This document shows, one piece after another, positions 37,978 to 50,875 of a stretch of DNA of 64,000 bases (the first letter of the stretch is position 1; each line of letters opens with the position of its first letter). Location: assembly GCA_030390025.1 (NCBI GenBank), contig CM059432.1, positions 56,980,001 to 57,044,000 of the forward strand, in the 5' to 3' direction. This stretch comes from Squalus acanthias. Its lineage: Eukaryota. The notes under the pieces were generated by a model. That model made no database searches. It saw only the letters and a program-made list of their open reading frames with translations, and had not been told where the DNA came from. Both the position numbers and the translations under genes were made by a program.

Positions 37978-38006
37978 AAGGCAGTTAACAGGCTGTTAAC
38001 TGCCTT
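37978..38006. repeat. Perfect 14-bp inverted repeat with a 1-nt spacer
   Basis: aaggcagttaacag-g-ctgttaactgcctt. Confidence 0.9.
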
Positions 38007-38013
38007 AACTACC

Positions 38014-38867
38014 TGAGTGGGCAAATACATGGCAGATGCAGTATAACGTGGATAAATGTGAAGTTATCCACTTCAGTAGGAAAAACAGAAAGGTGGAGTA
38101 TTATTTAAATGGTGATAGATTGGGAAATGTTGATGTACAAAGGGACCTGGGTGTCCTTGTACACCAGTCACTGAAAGCAAACATGCAGGTGCAGCAAGCA
38201 GTTAGGAAGGCAAATGGTATGTTGGCCTTCATTGCAAGAGGATTTGAGTACAGGAGCAAGGATGTCTTACTACAGTTATACAGGGCCTTGGTGAGACCAC
38301 ACCTGGAGTACTGTGTGCAGTTTTGGTCTCCTTACCTAAGAAAGGATATACTTGCCATAGAGGGAGTGCAGCGAAGGTTCACCAGACTGATTCCTGGGAT
38401 GGCAGGACTGTCGTATGAGGAGAGATTGGGTCGATTAGGCCTGTATTCACGAGAGTTTAGAAGAATGAGAGGGGATCTCATTGAAACGTATAAAATTCTG
38501 ACAGGGCTAGACAGACTGGATGCAGGGAGGATGTTTCCCCTGGCTGGGGGGTCTAGAACGAGGTGTCACAGTCTCAGGATATGGGGTAGGACATTTAGGA
38601 CTGAGATGAGGAGAAATTTCTTCACTCAGATGGTGGTGAACCTGTGGAATTCTCTACCACAGAAGGCTGTGGAGGCCAAGTCACTGAATATATTTAAGAA
38701 GGCGATAGATAGATTTCTAGACACAAAAGGCATCAAGGGGTATGGGGAGAGAGCAGGAATATGGTATTGAGATAGAGGATCAGCCATGATCATATTGAAT
38801 GGCAGAGCAGGCTCGAAGGGCCGAATGGCCTACTCCTGCTCCTACTTTTCTATGTTTCTATGTTTCT
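38014..38867 (+). mobile_element. CR1 3' fragment nested in the Harbinger element, same subfamily as 1890-5723
   Basis: 244-aa open RT C-terminus (38036-38770), near-identical to 4880-5723, ending in a ttctatgt tail. Confidence 0.95.
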
Positions 38868-39609
38868 GTCCCACCGGTTGGAGACGGGTCAGTTTGGGAG
38901 CGGCTAAACAGACACTCAGGAAAATTGGGTGGGGGCGGGATGGAGGCGGGTTGGGTGTCTGAAGCCTTTTTTCCCGATTTTCCCAACAGATCCGCCTGCT
39001 CATGGCTATTAAAATCGAGCCCTTTGTGTCTCACTGAATTTATTTCCAGGGAAACATTGAACTATCTATAATTTTTCTCCTGATGTGGCCTGAGAGTATA
39101 ATGAAATGCAAAATCTGACCTTTTTAAAAAAAAACATGTTTTTTTAAGTCACGAAAGTTGCTAGAGTGGAATGTTTATTGAATGCTCTGTTTTGACACTT
39201 TTTAAATTGCTTTTTGTGCTGAGCCATGATTGAACTTTTTTGGATGTAGTTACCATCTGAAAAAATTTGTGTCACACATAAGAAAGTAAAAAAAAGTCAA
39301 GGACAAGACCATTCTGCCCATTGAAGCACATCCTTCCAGTAGTATAATTTTCCCATCTCAGTACTCAGTTGCATTTTAAACGACCCTAACGTACTTGTCT
39401 TTGGGTTTTGCTCTTTGATTAAAGAAGTTGTTCCTAATATTTGTTTTAAGTTTATTTTTAACTAATTTAAATTTATGTCCTTTGGCCCCATCTTGCTGGT
39501 TGCTTTGAGCTAATATTCTAGGTTTGCCTTAGCTATACCTTTTAATATTTCATATACTTTGATTTAGCTTCCTTCTCGACTGTAGAGCTTGAGCTTCTCT
39601 AACTTTCGT

Positions 39610-39705
39610 CAGTGATCTACACCCAAAATATTAACTTCTTTCTCTTTGCAGATGCTGACGTATCTATTTTCTATTTCCAGCATTTTCTGTTTTTACTTAA
39701 GATTT
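39610..39705 (+). mobile_element. Highly decayed Penelope pLTR tail (family A)
   Basis: ttaacttctttctctttgcagatgctg..tttccagcattttctgttttt resembles 57448-57512. The hammerhead core is lost. Confidence 0.5.
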
Positions 39706-42700
39706 TTTGCTTTTATCTCTTCCCCTTCTCCCGTCTTTTTATCCATCCTAAACATGCCATATCCCTGCCTATTGAATTTACTCCCCATCTTCTGGGGTAA
39801 GGCACATTTCCCTATAATATCAGAATTCCCTGCTGCTACATATGACTTAGTTTGAGTATTTTATTCAGCTATCTGCTTTTTATTGTCTTAATTTGTCTTT
39901 TTTTATGATGTAGCTAATTGTAATTTTGTAGTTCTTCAGTAGTGTAATGCATATGGTGTGCTTCTGTCCTGAGCAACAGATCAGTTCAGCACTGATAACG
40001 CACAATATGGTATCTGATATGAGTTGGACTGTTGGGATGTCAGTGGCAGGTGGTGAGCTGCTTTATTACGGGGGCGGGGGTTGGGGGGGAATGAGAAGAC
40101 TAAAAATGAAAGGCAGTTTTAAAAGATGTATGTATATTTTATGAAATTTTTCGATTTAAAGACCAGTAAATTATCGGTAACCAGTAATGTTTACCATTTT
40201 GCGTATGATTTGAAAAGTTTACAGTACAGTTTTTGAATATGGAAATGGTGCTGCAATTTGACCTGTCCTCTGGAAAAAAAAATAGCATCAGTACAGCTTA
40301 CTGTACAAACTTTAAAAAAAAATCCAAGTACAGTTCTCATGGCAGTATCTTGTGCATTTCACATTAATTGGAGATTAATGTAAACTGAAGCAGCTCAGCG
40401 AGGTTATGCCATATATTTTTCTTAATTGTTCTAAACTAAGTATGATGATACTGACACTGTTATGGCTTTAGCATCTCCTGCAAGCTGGATTTAGTCGATT
40501 ACACCATCTTTGGAACTGTGTACAAACAATGTACTGGAAATGACCTGAGGAAAGTAGATATAGTTTAATTACTGCTCTTTTCTGTACAAAGTAATTATAT
40601 TTTCAATTTTTTTCCCCCCGCAAGTAATGCTTTTCATTATTTGACAGAAATGTAAGTTTTACAAATCATTTTATAGCTTTCAACCTCTGAAGCTGGTTTG
40701 AGGTTTTTTATGTGATTACCCTACAATTTATTATAATATTGCCTGACTTACTTTGATTTTTACACCTAAATAGATGACTGGAGATTAATTTTTAGTGTCT
40801 GTTGTTTTAGCTTATTTATGAAGGTACATCTGGCTCAAATTAAGTATAGTTGAAATCAAACCAGCTGTAGCGCGTTGAACTTTGAGCAGAGCGTTTTCAA
40901 CCTTAAACCAGTCTCCAGCCCTGCTGCCAATACTTTTGCTACCTTAAAATACTAAAACACTGACACAACACATAAAGACATCTAACCACATATTATAGAT
41001 TCAGACCTTAATTTTCTCCTCTCCCTTTTTGAAAAGCAAAACGTCTTCCTACTTTTTACATATAATTACATAGAGTCTGCAGCACAGAAACTGGCCATTT
41101 CTGGCTTTAGTTATATGATCTCAGGATTTCCTGAATAAAAGTTGATCAAGCCCCACCAGTCAGATGCAAGATTTTTTAATAAGGCATTTCACAAACTTCT
41201 CTGGTAAGCGATTCCAAAGCCCAAGAGATTGCTTAAGTCTTTTGCGACAGGCATCCTTGGCAATGCTCCACAAAATCCAAGGTGGTTGAAGGCTTCCCAG
41301 ATATATGTCACAGAAGCCCCAGGAGATTGCTCTTGGCTTACCTAGCAAATGTTGTGCAAATTCCTAGAGGTGGCTCAGGGCTTCCTTGGCTGAAGTTCCC
41401 AAAATCCCAGGATTTGCCTTTGGGTTTCCCTAGCAGACACTTTTAAAACTCCACATAGGTGATCCAATGTTCCCTGTTGGATGCTTCACCAAGAGCAGGC
41501 AATGACTACAACATTCCCTGGGGTGGGGTCAATCCAAAAACCCTAGGTGCTGAATCCAGGTTTTCCACTAATGGTTAACATTAATCCAAAACACTAATAA
41601 AATGTATTAGACTTTTGTACACTTAGGGGGGAGTAATTACAGACGCTTGGAACATTGAAAAATAATAGTAGCATAGATTGAGGACCATTCTGTAGTTCCT
41701 CACATTGCTCTGAGTCCATTAAAGAACAAATAGCATTACAAATTTACAGAAAATAATTTCAGTGTAATCAACATCAATAAAAAGAGTTGTCAATGGATAA
41801 TGAGTACCCATACCTGATATTTGCTAGTCCTTACTATATTTCTAAGCATAATACAATTTGCAACATAGACTGCAAAGTCGCAGACCATTTTCCTGTTGAA
41901 CTCTTCTGGCAAATTAAGAGAATTGATGTAAAAAAGACATGTAGCTTAAGGTCATATTTTTTCCGTTAGACATGCTAGACCCAACAAACTTGTTCTTAAC
42001 ACTCGTCAGCGAACAACTTATTGTACAGAAAGAGCATAATGCATATTGTATTCAATAAAATCTTGAAATCTCTTGTCCCCCATAATAGTGCGGCACTACT
42101 ATTTGTTCATGTGCCATTTGGATAACATCCTAATACATATTTTATCAATGCTTGAATTTATCATGGCTCTTGACTTATAGTAAGGGATCATGAATTTAAT
42201 CATTCAAAATATAATTGAATCAAAAATGCTGATCTAATAGCCAGTGGTTGTACAATACTTCCAGTGCTTTAGAAAAAATAGCAGGAAAAATACTTTCAAC
42301 AAGAAGCACTACCTCCTACACTGACCCTTAAAGAGTGATAGTTTATTGGATGCTATCATTGACATTGACATTCTAGCAAATAATTATGCATGCTAACCTG
42401 AAGAAAACCAGCAAAAGAACTTGAAATAAACTGACTGCCCCAAAAAATAACTTAAATAGCCCAGAACATGGGCCTTATGACATGTGAAAACAAAGAGTTA
42501 AACAGAAATTGAAGTGGTACACGAGCCTCTCATAACTTAAGCTGCAGGTATACCCAACATTCCATCAACTTCATTGCTGTAACCTTCGCTTTTATGCACT
42601 GAAGAGGTGAATTTAGAAATTACACCAGGGGGATTTGAATGTTGAAGGCATGAGATTTACTTTTGAGGGTTACAGGTATTTTAAGTACAAAATATAAAAG

Positions 42701-42967
42701 TAGGATATCAATGCAACTTTATAGGGTAAATTTAAACTAAACAAGCTAATGTCCTTTATTTAACTAGTGGATCGAGGAATTTCAAATGGACACAGTACTA
42801 ACACAACAACTACTTACGTTTGTCTAGCACCTTTAATTTAGAAAACATTCCAAGGCACTTCATAGAGACGCAATCAGAAAAAAATGGACATATTCATCTG
42901 CTATTGTCACCAACAATAATTTCTAGTCTATGTTGCTCTTTTAAAACTGTTAAAAATATTTATTTTC

Positions 42968-43020
42968 TTAGAATTACACAGAATATACAGCACAGAAACA
43001 GGCCATTTGGCCCAACCAAA
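42968..43020 (-). mobile_element. Short inverted CR1 3' tail abutting the next LINE
   Basis: tagaattacacagaatatacagcacagaaacaggccatttggccc. Confidence 0.65.
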
Positions 43021-46000
43021 CGTGATAGGGGACTCAATTGTAAGGGGAATAGACAGGAGTTTCTGTGGCCGCAACCGAGATTCCAGGATGGTATGTTGCC
43101 TCCCTGGTGCAAGGGTCAAGGATGTCTCGGAGCGGCTGCAGAACATTCTGGAAAGGGAGGGTGAAGAGCCAGCTGTCGTGGTGCATGTAGGTACCAACGA
43201 TATAGGTAAAAAGCGGGAAGAGGTCCTACAAGCAGAATTTAGGGAGCTAGGAGCTAAATTGAAAAGTAGGACCTCAAAGGTAGTAATCTCTGTGTTGCTA
43301 CCAGTGCCACGTGCTAATCAGAGTAGCATGAACAGGATAGCGAGATTAAATACGTGGCTTGAGCAGTGGTGCAGGAGGGAGGGATTCAAATACCTGAGGC
43401 ATTGAAACCAGTTCTGGGGGAAGTGGGACCTGTACAAAAGGGACGGTCTGCACTTGGGCAGGACTGGAACCGATGTCCTCGGGGTAATATTTGCTAAGGC
43501 AGTTCGGGAGGATTTAAACTAATATGGCAGGGGAATGGGAACCTATGTAGCGAAACAGGGGGAAGTAATATGCAGTCAGAAACAAATGTTAGAAGGGTGA
43601 GAAACAATAAGAGAAATCCGAGTAAACAAAGGCAAGAAACACAAAGGGCCATACTAAATCATAAGTCTAAAAGGACAAAGGGTGTTAATAAAACAAGCCT
43701 AAAGGCTCTGTGCCTTAATGCAAGGAGTATCCGTAATAAGGTGGATGAATTGACTGTGCAAATTGATGTTAACGGATATGATGTGATTGGGATTACAGAG
43801 ACGTGGCTCCAGAACAATCAAGGCTGGGAACTGAATATCCAGGGGTATTCAACATTCAGGAAGGATAGAATAAAAGGAAAAGGGGGTGGGGTAGCATTGC
43901 TGGTTAAAAGGAGATTAATGCAATAGCTAGGAAGGACATTGGCTTGGAGGATGTGGAATCAATATGGGTTGAGCTGCAGAACACCAAAGGGCAGAAAACG
44001 TTAGTGGGGGTTGTGTACAGACCTCCAAACAGTAGTAGTGAGGTGGGGGAGGGTATGAAACAGGAAATCAGAGGTGCATGCAAAAAAGGCGCAGCAGTTA
44101 TCATGGGTGACTTTAATATGCATATAGATTGGGCTACTCAAACTGGAAGCAATACGGTGGAGGAGGATTTCCTGGCGTGTTTAAGGGATGGTTTCCTAAA
44201 CCAATATGTTGAGGAACCAACTAGAGGGGAGGCCATCCTGGACTGGGTGTTGTGTAATGAGGAAGGACTAATCAGCAATCCTGTGGTGCGAGGCCCCTTG
44301 GGGAAGAGTGACCATAGTATGGTGGAGTTCTACATTAGGATGGAGAAGGAAACAGTTAATTCAGAGACCATGGTCCAGAACTTAAATAAGGGCAACTTTG
44401 AGGGTATGAGGCGTGAATTGGCGAGGTTAGATTGGCAAGCAATATTTAAGGGGTTATCAGTGGAAGGGCAATGGCAGACATTTAGAGATCGCATGGATGA
44501 ACATTGTACATCCCTGTCTGGCGTAAAAATAAAAAAGGGAAGGTGGCTCAACCATGGCTAACAAGGGAAATCAGGGATAGTATTAAAAGCAAGGAAGTGG
44601 CATACAAATTGGCCAGAAGTAGCAGCAAACCCGGGGACTGGGAGAACTTTAAAACTCAGCAGAGGAGGATGAAGGGTTTGATTAGGGCAGGGAAAATAAA
44701 ATATGAAAGGAAGCTTGCGGAGAACATTAAAACGGACTGCAAAAGCTTCTATAAATATGTAAAAAGAAAGAGGTTAGTAAAAACAAACGTAGGTCCCCTG
44801 CAGTCAGAAACAAGGGAAGTCATAATGGGGAACAAAGAAATGGCAGATCAATTGAACAAGTACTTTGGTTCGGTGTTTACTGTGGAGGACACAAACAACC
44901 TTCCGGAAATAAAAGAGATCAAAGGATCTGGTAAGAGGGAGGAGCTGAGGGAAATCCTTATCAGTCGGGAAAAGGTGTTGGGGAAATTGATGGGACTGAA
45001 GGCTGATAAATCCCCAGGGCCTGATGGTCTGCATCCCAGAGTACTTAAGGAGGTGGCCTTGGAAATAGTGGATGCATTGACGATCATTTTCCAACATTCC
45101 TTAGACTCTGGATCGGTTCCGAAGGAGTGGAGGGTGGCTAATGTAACCCCTCTTTTTAAAAAAGGAGGGAGGGAGAAAGCAGGGAATTATAGACCGGTCA
45201 GCCTGACATCGGTGGTGGGTAAAATGATGGAATCAATTATTAAAGATGTCATAACAGACCATTTGGAAAGTGGCGACATGATAGGTCCAAGTCAGCATGG
45301 ATTTGTGAAAGGGAAATCATGCTTGACAAATCTTCTGGAATTTTTTGAGGATGTTTCCAATAGGGTGGACGGGGGGGAACCAGTAGATGTGGTGTATTTG
45401 GACTTTCAGAAGGCCTTCGACAAGGTCCCACACAAGAGATTGGTGTGCAAAGTTAAAGCACATGGGATTGGGGGTAATGTGTTGACGTGGATTGAGAACT
45501 GGTTGGCACACAGGAAACAAAGAGTAGGAGTAAATGGGTACTTTTCAGAATGGCAGGCAGTGACCAGCGGGGTACCGCAGGGTTTGGTGCTGGGGCCCCA
45601 GCTGTTTACATTATATATTAATGATTTGGACGAAGGGATTAATTGTAATATCTCCAAATTTGCGGATGACACTAAATTGGGAGGCAGTGTGAACAATGAG
45701 GAGGATGCTAGGAGGCTACAGAGTGACTTGGACAGGTTGGGTGAATGGGCAAATGTATGGCAGATGAAGTACAATGTGGATAAATGTGAGGTTATCCACT
45801 TTGGTGGTAAAAATAGGGAGGCAGACTATTACCTGAATGGTGGCAGATTAGGGAAAGGGGAGGTGCAACGAGACCTGGGCGTCATGGTACATCAGTCACT
45901 GAAGGTGGGAAGGCAAGTGCAGCAGGCAGTCAAGAAAGCAAATGGCATGATGGCCTTCATAGCAAGGGGATTTGAGTACAGGAGTAGGGAGGTGATGCTA

Positions 46001-46596
46001 CAATTGTACAGGGCCTTGGTGAGGCCACACCTGGAGTATTGTGTGCAGTTTTGGTCTCCTAACTTGAGGAAGGACATTCTTGCTATTGAGGGAGTGCAAC
46101 GAAGGTTCACTAGATTGATTCCTGGGATGGCCAGACTGACATATCAAGAAAGACTGGATCAACTGAACTTGTATCCTCTGGAGTTCAGAAGAATGAGGGG
46201 GGATCTTATAGAGACGTTTAAAATCCTGACTGGTTTAGACAAATTAGATGCGGGCAGAATGTTTCCAATGTTAGGGAAAACTAAAACCAGGGGTCACAGT
46301 CTAAGGATAAAGGGGAAGCCATTTAAGACTGAGATGAGGAGGAACTTCTTCACCCAGAGAGTGGTGAATCTGTGGAATTCTCTACCACAGAAGGTTGTTG
46401 AGGCCAGTTCGCTAAATATATTCAAAAGGGAGTTAGATATAATACTCACAACTAGGGGGATCAAGGGGTATGGCGAGAAAGCAGGAATGGGGTACTGAGG
46501 TAGCATGTTCAGCCATGAATGCATTAAATGGCGGTGCAGGCTCGAAGGACCGAATGGTCTACTCCTGCACCTATTTTCTATGTTTCTATGTTTCTA
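43021..46596 (+). mobile_element. CR1-clade LINE of a second subfamily, 5'-truncated in ORF1
   Basis: GDSIVRG/VGTND esterase with a stop at 43403, APE with frameshifts near 43910 and 44505, RT, and a (ttctatgt)n tail. Confidence 0.95.
44504..46498 (+). CDS. Uninterrupted RT half of CR1 ORF2 (664 codons), separated from the APE by a frameshift
   Basis: KSPGPDGLHP, NYRPVSLTS, LDFQKAFDKV, GVPQG, FADDTKL, RPHLEY. Probably not independently translated. Confidence 0.85.
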   Translation: MYIPVWRKNKKGKVAQPWLTREIRDSIKSKEVAYKLARSSSKPGDWENFKTQQRRMKGLIRAGKIKYERKLAENIKTDCKSFYKYVKRKRLVKTNVGPLQSETREVIMGNKEMADQLNKYFGSVFTVEDTNNLPEIKEIKGSGKREELREILISREKVLGKLMGLKADKSPGPDGLHPRVLKEVALEIVDALTIIFQHSLDSGSVPKEWRVANVTPLFKKGGREKAGNYRPVSLTSVVGKMMESIIKDVITDHLESGDMIGPSQHGFVKGKSCLTNLLEFFEDVSNRVDGGEPVDVVYLDFQKAFDKVPHKRLVCKVKAHGIGGNVLTWIENWLAHRKQRVGVNGYFSEWQAVTSGVPQGLVLGPQLFTLYINDLDEGINCNISKFADDTKLGGSVNNEEDARRLQSDLDRLGEWANVWQMKYNVDKCEVIHFGGKNREADYYLNGGRLGKGEVQRDLGVMVHQSLKVGRQVQQAVKKANGMMAFIARGFEYRSREVMLQLYRALVRPHLEYCVQFWSPNLRKDILAIEGVQRRFTRLIPGMARLTYQERLDQLNLYPLEFRRMRGDLIETFKILTGLDKLDAGRMFPMLGKTKTRGHSLRIKGKPFKTEMRRNFFTQRVVNLWNSLPQKVVEASSLNIFKRELDIILTTRGIKGYGEKAGMGY

Positions 46597-47424
46597 ACAC
46601 ACCTGCAACTGTGACTCAGAGACCACCAGCACATCATAAAACTTTTCTGGCTCAACCTCGTGCAAAATGAACAATGGGAAAAAGTAATATCTGGATGACT
46701 CTCTGACTGTCTCCAGCCCTCCTTCCCAATCTCCAAGCACAGTGAAAATAGCTTTTTTTGTGTAAAATACTGATAAGTTTACACCTGTGTTGGAAACACT
46801 GTCGACTTCAAAAGCTAATGGTTGGCATGCATGGATGGGATCCACCTTGTGCCCTGGGATTTTTTTAAATAAGTTTTTGATTCTTCAGTGCATGTTCCTA
46901 ATTTTTTAACTCAAAGTTTGCCCCAGGAAATATTGATATTTATGTTGTAAGCCTAATTGGGTTAAGAACACAATACATAAATATATCTCTTCTGGATGCC
47001 TACTCAGGCTGTACTAATGGACTCGCTATACATAACTTTATATTTTCTGGTGATCGTTAACCTTACATTGTTTGCTTCTGCAGAGAAGAATTTCCTCACA
47101 AGTCATGTCAATCTTGCTGTTTGTGAAAACTGTTATTTCCAAATACTCCTTGATCTTGACCTTCCCCAGACTTTATATCAGTTCAGCCAGTAATTGGTTG
47201 GTTTCCAGTTACTAAAAATAGAACTTTTTTATTTTGATGGCTGCAGTGTTTGCATCCTCATTCCTTTCTCTATTGCAATCTATTCCTTGCTAATTGAGTT
47301 TGTGTTTTGTAGAAATTTAATTCTAAAAAAAATAGTCTCTCTGGACTTCTCTTTACTGCTGGCCATTCATGCTTACTGTGGTCTGTGAGTAAAGAACTTT
47401 CCCTGAGTGCAGTATGTTTGACAG

Positions 47425-48770
47425 TACAACAACAACAACTTGTATTTCTATGGCACCTTTAACGTAGTAAAATATCCCACGGTGCTCACAGGAGTGTTAT
47501 CAAACAAAATTTGATACTGAGCTACATAGAGATATTAGGCCAGATGACCAACAGCTTGGTCAAAGAGGTAGGTTTTAAGGTGTAGAGATTCGCGTATCTC
47601 TGGTAAACAGGATCAAGTGCAAACCAATATGGTGGGTATATTATGTTTAATCAGAGTTTAAGACGGAATATAACATGCTAGTTATACAGCAAAAACATAC
47701 GACCGTGACAAGCAGCTGATACCGCACCCAATTGGACAGACGGCTGGCGTACGTGAACAGTTCTCTGGCTTGCGGCCTCTCTTCCTCTCCGAGTTGGTGA
47801 GCATGGGATCACTCCCGGTACCCAATGGAGCATCGAGTTCTTTGTCTCAATTCTTGGATGAAAGCCCTCCCTCAAAGGGGTCTCATGATCTCAGCCATAT
47901 TATCTTTCTTGTTTTTACATTTTGAAGGTTCCTCATTGGAATTCGCCCTATCTCCCTGGTACAATTGGTACTCGGCCTGGCCTTGTCCCTTTTCAATCAT
48001 GAGACCCAAGCCAGAGCTGTCCCACTTCAGCCGGTCATTATCTCACTTTCATGTAGCAAACTGCTCCATCCTGAGATGGATACCTTAACTCCCCTAAATT
48101 CCTTTTATTCTATGTCTTTCTATACTCATTAACTTTTAATTATCTTCACAATTAGTTCTGCTAAACAAACTCCAAATTCTACCTTAGCATTATAATATGG
48201 TTATTAGTAATAATGGAAGAAACATAGGTTGGGCCTTCATTGGCCAAATTAAAGATACATTAACAAAGTCAAAACCCTAACTTACAAACAACAGATATGG
48301 CAGGCAAGGCCATCCTGTGGGCCCCTGTATGGAATGTTTATGCCTCATCTAATCTAACTAACTGAAGACATTTTGTTTTAAATTCTAATACGAGCTTTCA
48401 GGAAAACGAAACTTAAACAGTCCCCAGTAAAACATAACTTATACATTAACCCCTTACTTGTCTCAAGCAGAAACATTTAAACACAGTATTATTCGCGTAG
48501 CCATATACATTTTTAGGCACCCCTAGTTTCTAACAAAGGAGGAGAGAGAGGCGGAGAAGTTTAGGTAGGGAATTCCAGAGCTTAGGGCCTAGACAGCTGA
48601 AGGCACAGCCGCCAATGGTGGAGCAGTTAAAATCAGGGATGCTCAAGAGGCCAGAATTAGAGGATTGCAGATATCTCAGAGGGTTGCAGGATTGGAGGAG
48701 ATTACAGAGATAGGGAGGGGCGAGGCCAAGGAGGGATTTGAAAACAACGATGAGAATTTTAAAATTGACT
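47425..48770 (-). mobile_element. L2-type 3' fragment split by a solo LTR
   Basis: The (caa)n tail at 47427 continues after 48535 as FKILIVVFKSLLGLAPPYL. Compare the uninterrupted copy at 61592-61800. Confidence 0.85.
47581..48535 (-). mobile_element. Solo LTR (955 bp), TG...CA, flanked by AAGG
   Basis: aagg|TGTAGAGAT ... TTTCTAACA|aagg. Homologous to 58550-59030. Strand is tentative, based on a minus-strand ATTAAA near 47650. Confidence 0.85.
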
Positions 48771-49289
48771 GAATACCTGCTGCTATTTGACTTTGTCATT
48801 TGTTATTTAAGTCTCAATCTATCTAGTGTTCATGATGTCACATTTTATCATGAGCTACCTCTGCCAGTTCAGCTTCAAGCTACATACACTTCACTTTCAC
48901 CTCATTAGTCTGTGTCTCCATATAGTAACTATTATATGCCAGGAGCTTTCAGCAAGGTTTTAATGACAAGAATTGTTCAGAACAATGAAAAAATGTAATG
49001 CAAAATTCAGTAATTAAAGTTTTGCTTTAGTTTTACTTGGGAAATTAATGTACTGGAAATCTGTGTCTGAAAGTGTATTAGGTGGATTCAGAGGATCCTA
49101 GTATCAGTTGCTCTACAGGTTGCTCCTTAATTACATGAATGAATGAGTGGGGACACACAAAATATCTACTTCTAGACTGCCTCAAACCAACAATTTAAAA
49201 CATGGTAACAAGGAGTAAGGATATTGAAACAATACTGATGTAAATATATCTTCCTTTATAACTTTACAGGTTTTGTGACAATTGACCAT

Positions 49290-49949
49290 GTCTGCTGCAG
49301 CAGGGCATCTAACGGCATCTGCCGTTAGTTAGTCTTCCTCTTGCACGTTTAGGTTTTTAAATTTTTTGCATGGCAAGTTTGTGAAAGTGTGAGCTGATAA
49401 CATCACAGCGAGGAAAACCAGGCATCTAGGACCTGAGTGAACAGGAGAATGGTGAATTCAATGTAAAATCGAATACAGAAAGAAAAATAAAGAGAGGGAA
49501 AGAAAGATTGGATTATGAGGAAGAAAAAAGAGACAAAAGAAAAGTTTTTTAAAAATGTAAAAATTAAAAATTTTACATTTTTAAAATCTCCAACAACATT
49601 TAAAACCTGAAGGATGAGACTCCACACTTCTAATAGTTAATTTTCAGGTTGACTGGCAGTAGGTAAAAGTTATCATGTTGTTAAGAATACTTGGACTGGA
49701 ATGAACAAGATTTAACTTTCTGTGGCACGTTTAATTTGTTTCAACCACACAAATTCAGTAACTTCCCTCCGCTCAATGCATTTTAATGGTGAGCCAGACA
49801 GCGAGATGCCGTTTTCACAAAGCAACTCAGACAGCAACTTTTGGATATTTGAGTTTAACCGCGCATCTGCCCCTCGGCTGAAATTGCTGTACCATTTGCA
49901 CATAAATAATGACAAGATCAAGGAGTAATTTGACAGGAAACTCTGGCCC
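49290..49949. mobile_element. Diverged MITE related to the 9353/32719 family, in opposite orientation
   Basis: Right end ggaaactctggccc|aat, and ttccacacttctaatagttaattttcagg mirrors 9688-9715. Left boundary uncertain. Confidence 0.55.
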
Positions 49950-50054
49950 AATATTTGATCCAGTTTAAGTTGCATCTAAATATGATCCACCCATTGTTAA
50001 AAATGCTAACATATTTTTGAGTTTTATTTCTAGGTGTAAAGAATTCAAAAGAAA

Positions 50055-50592
50055 TTAATTATGTTAAACTTGTATAAGACCCTGGTTAGGCTGAGTACTG
50101 TGCACAGTTCTGGTCTCTATACAATAAAAAGGGCATAGAAGCACTGGAGTAAGTGCAATTAAGATTTACAAGGATGGTACCAGAACTAAGAGATTACAGT
50201 TATCGGGAAAGATTAAACAGGTTGGGTTTTTTTTCTTTAGAAAAGAGAAGACTTAGAGGTGACCTGATAGAGGTCTTTAAAATTATGATGGGTAGATGTG
50301 AAGAGAATGTTTCCACTTCTGGGAGAATCCAAAACTTAGAGCCATAAATACTAGGTAGTTACTAATAAATCCAATAGGGAAATAAGGAGACATTTCTTTA
50401 CTCAGAGAGTGGTTAGAATGTGAAACTTGCTACCACAGGAAGTGGTAGATGCTTTCAAAAGGAAACTAGATGAGTACATGAGAGAAAAGGGAATAGAAAG
50501 ATATGCTGAAAGGCTCAGATGAGGTAGATGGAATGGGAGAAGACTCTTGTGGAGTATAAACACCAGCACAGACTAGCTGTATATTCTATGTA
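50055..50592 (+). mobile_element. Old CR1 3' fragment
   Basis: LYKTLVR and RFTRMVPELRDYSYRERLNRLGFFSLEKRRLRGDLIEVFKIM. Confidence 0.85.
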
Positions 50593-50875
50593 AGTGGCAA
50601 CTAAATCTAGATTGATTTGTATTATACTTAAAGGTGCAGTGCCCCATAGTTGTCATGAAATATTTCTTTCCGTGTCGGTAGAAGCTAAGCACTGGATCAT
50701 TATACATTTTTTACAAACATTAGTGTAAAATGCCATTTTCCTTTTTATTGGTATGTTGCACTGTATTACTGCATTATATCAAATGGTACTACATTTTGAA
50801 ACACTAACAACAATATTATGTAATTTCTTTCGTATTTAAAAAAATACATATATAGTGTGACAATGAATAGACTTT

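Larger units (their letters stand above)
34992..39022 (+). mobile_element. Complete non-autonomous Harbinger element with 15-bp perfect TIR and TTT TSD
   Basis: ttt|gggctcgattttaat ... attaaaatcgagccc|ttt. Carries a Myb/SANT gene. No recognisable transposase catalytic core. Confidence 0.9.

Noticed and set aside
40630..40660. Possible 4-nt microexon (gacag|aaat|gtaagt)
   Set aside because: Frame-disrupting length, and such motifs arise by chance in AT-rich DNA.
44804..46524. Multiple antisense ORFs over CR1 (also 3529-4812, and the + strand ORFs over Penelope at 21137-22320)
   Set aside because: These are shadow frames of retroelement coding sequence.
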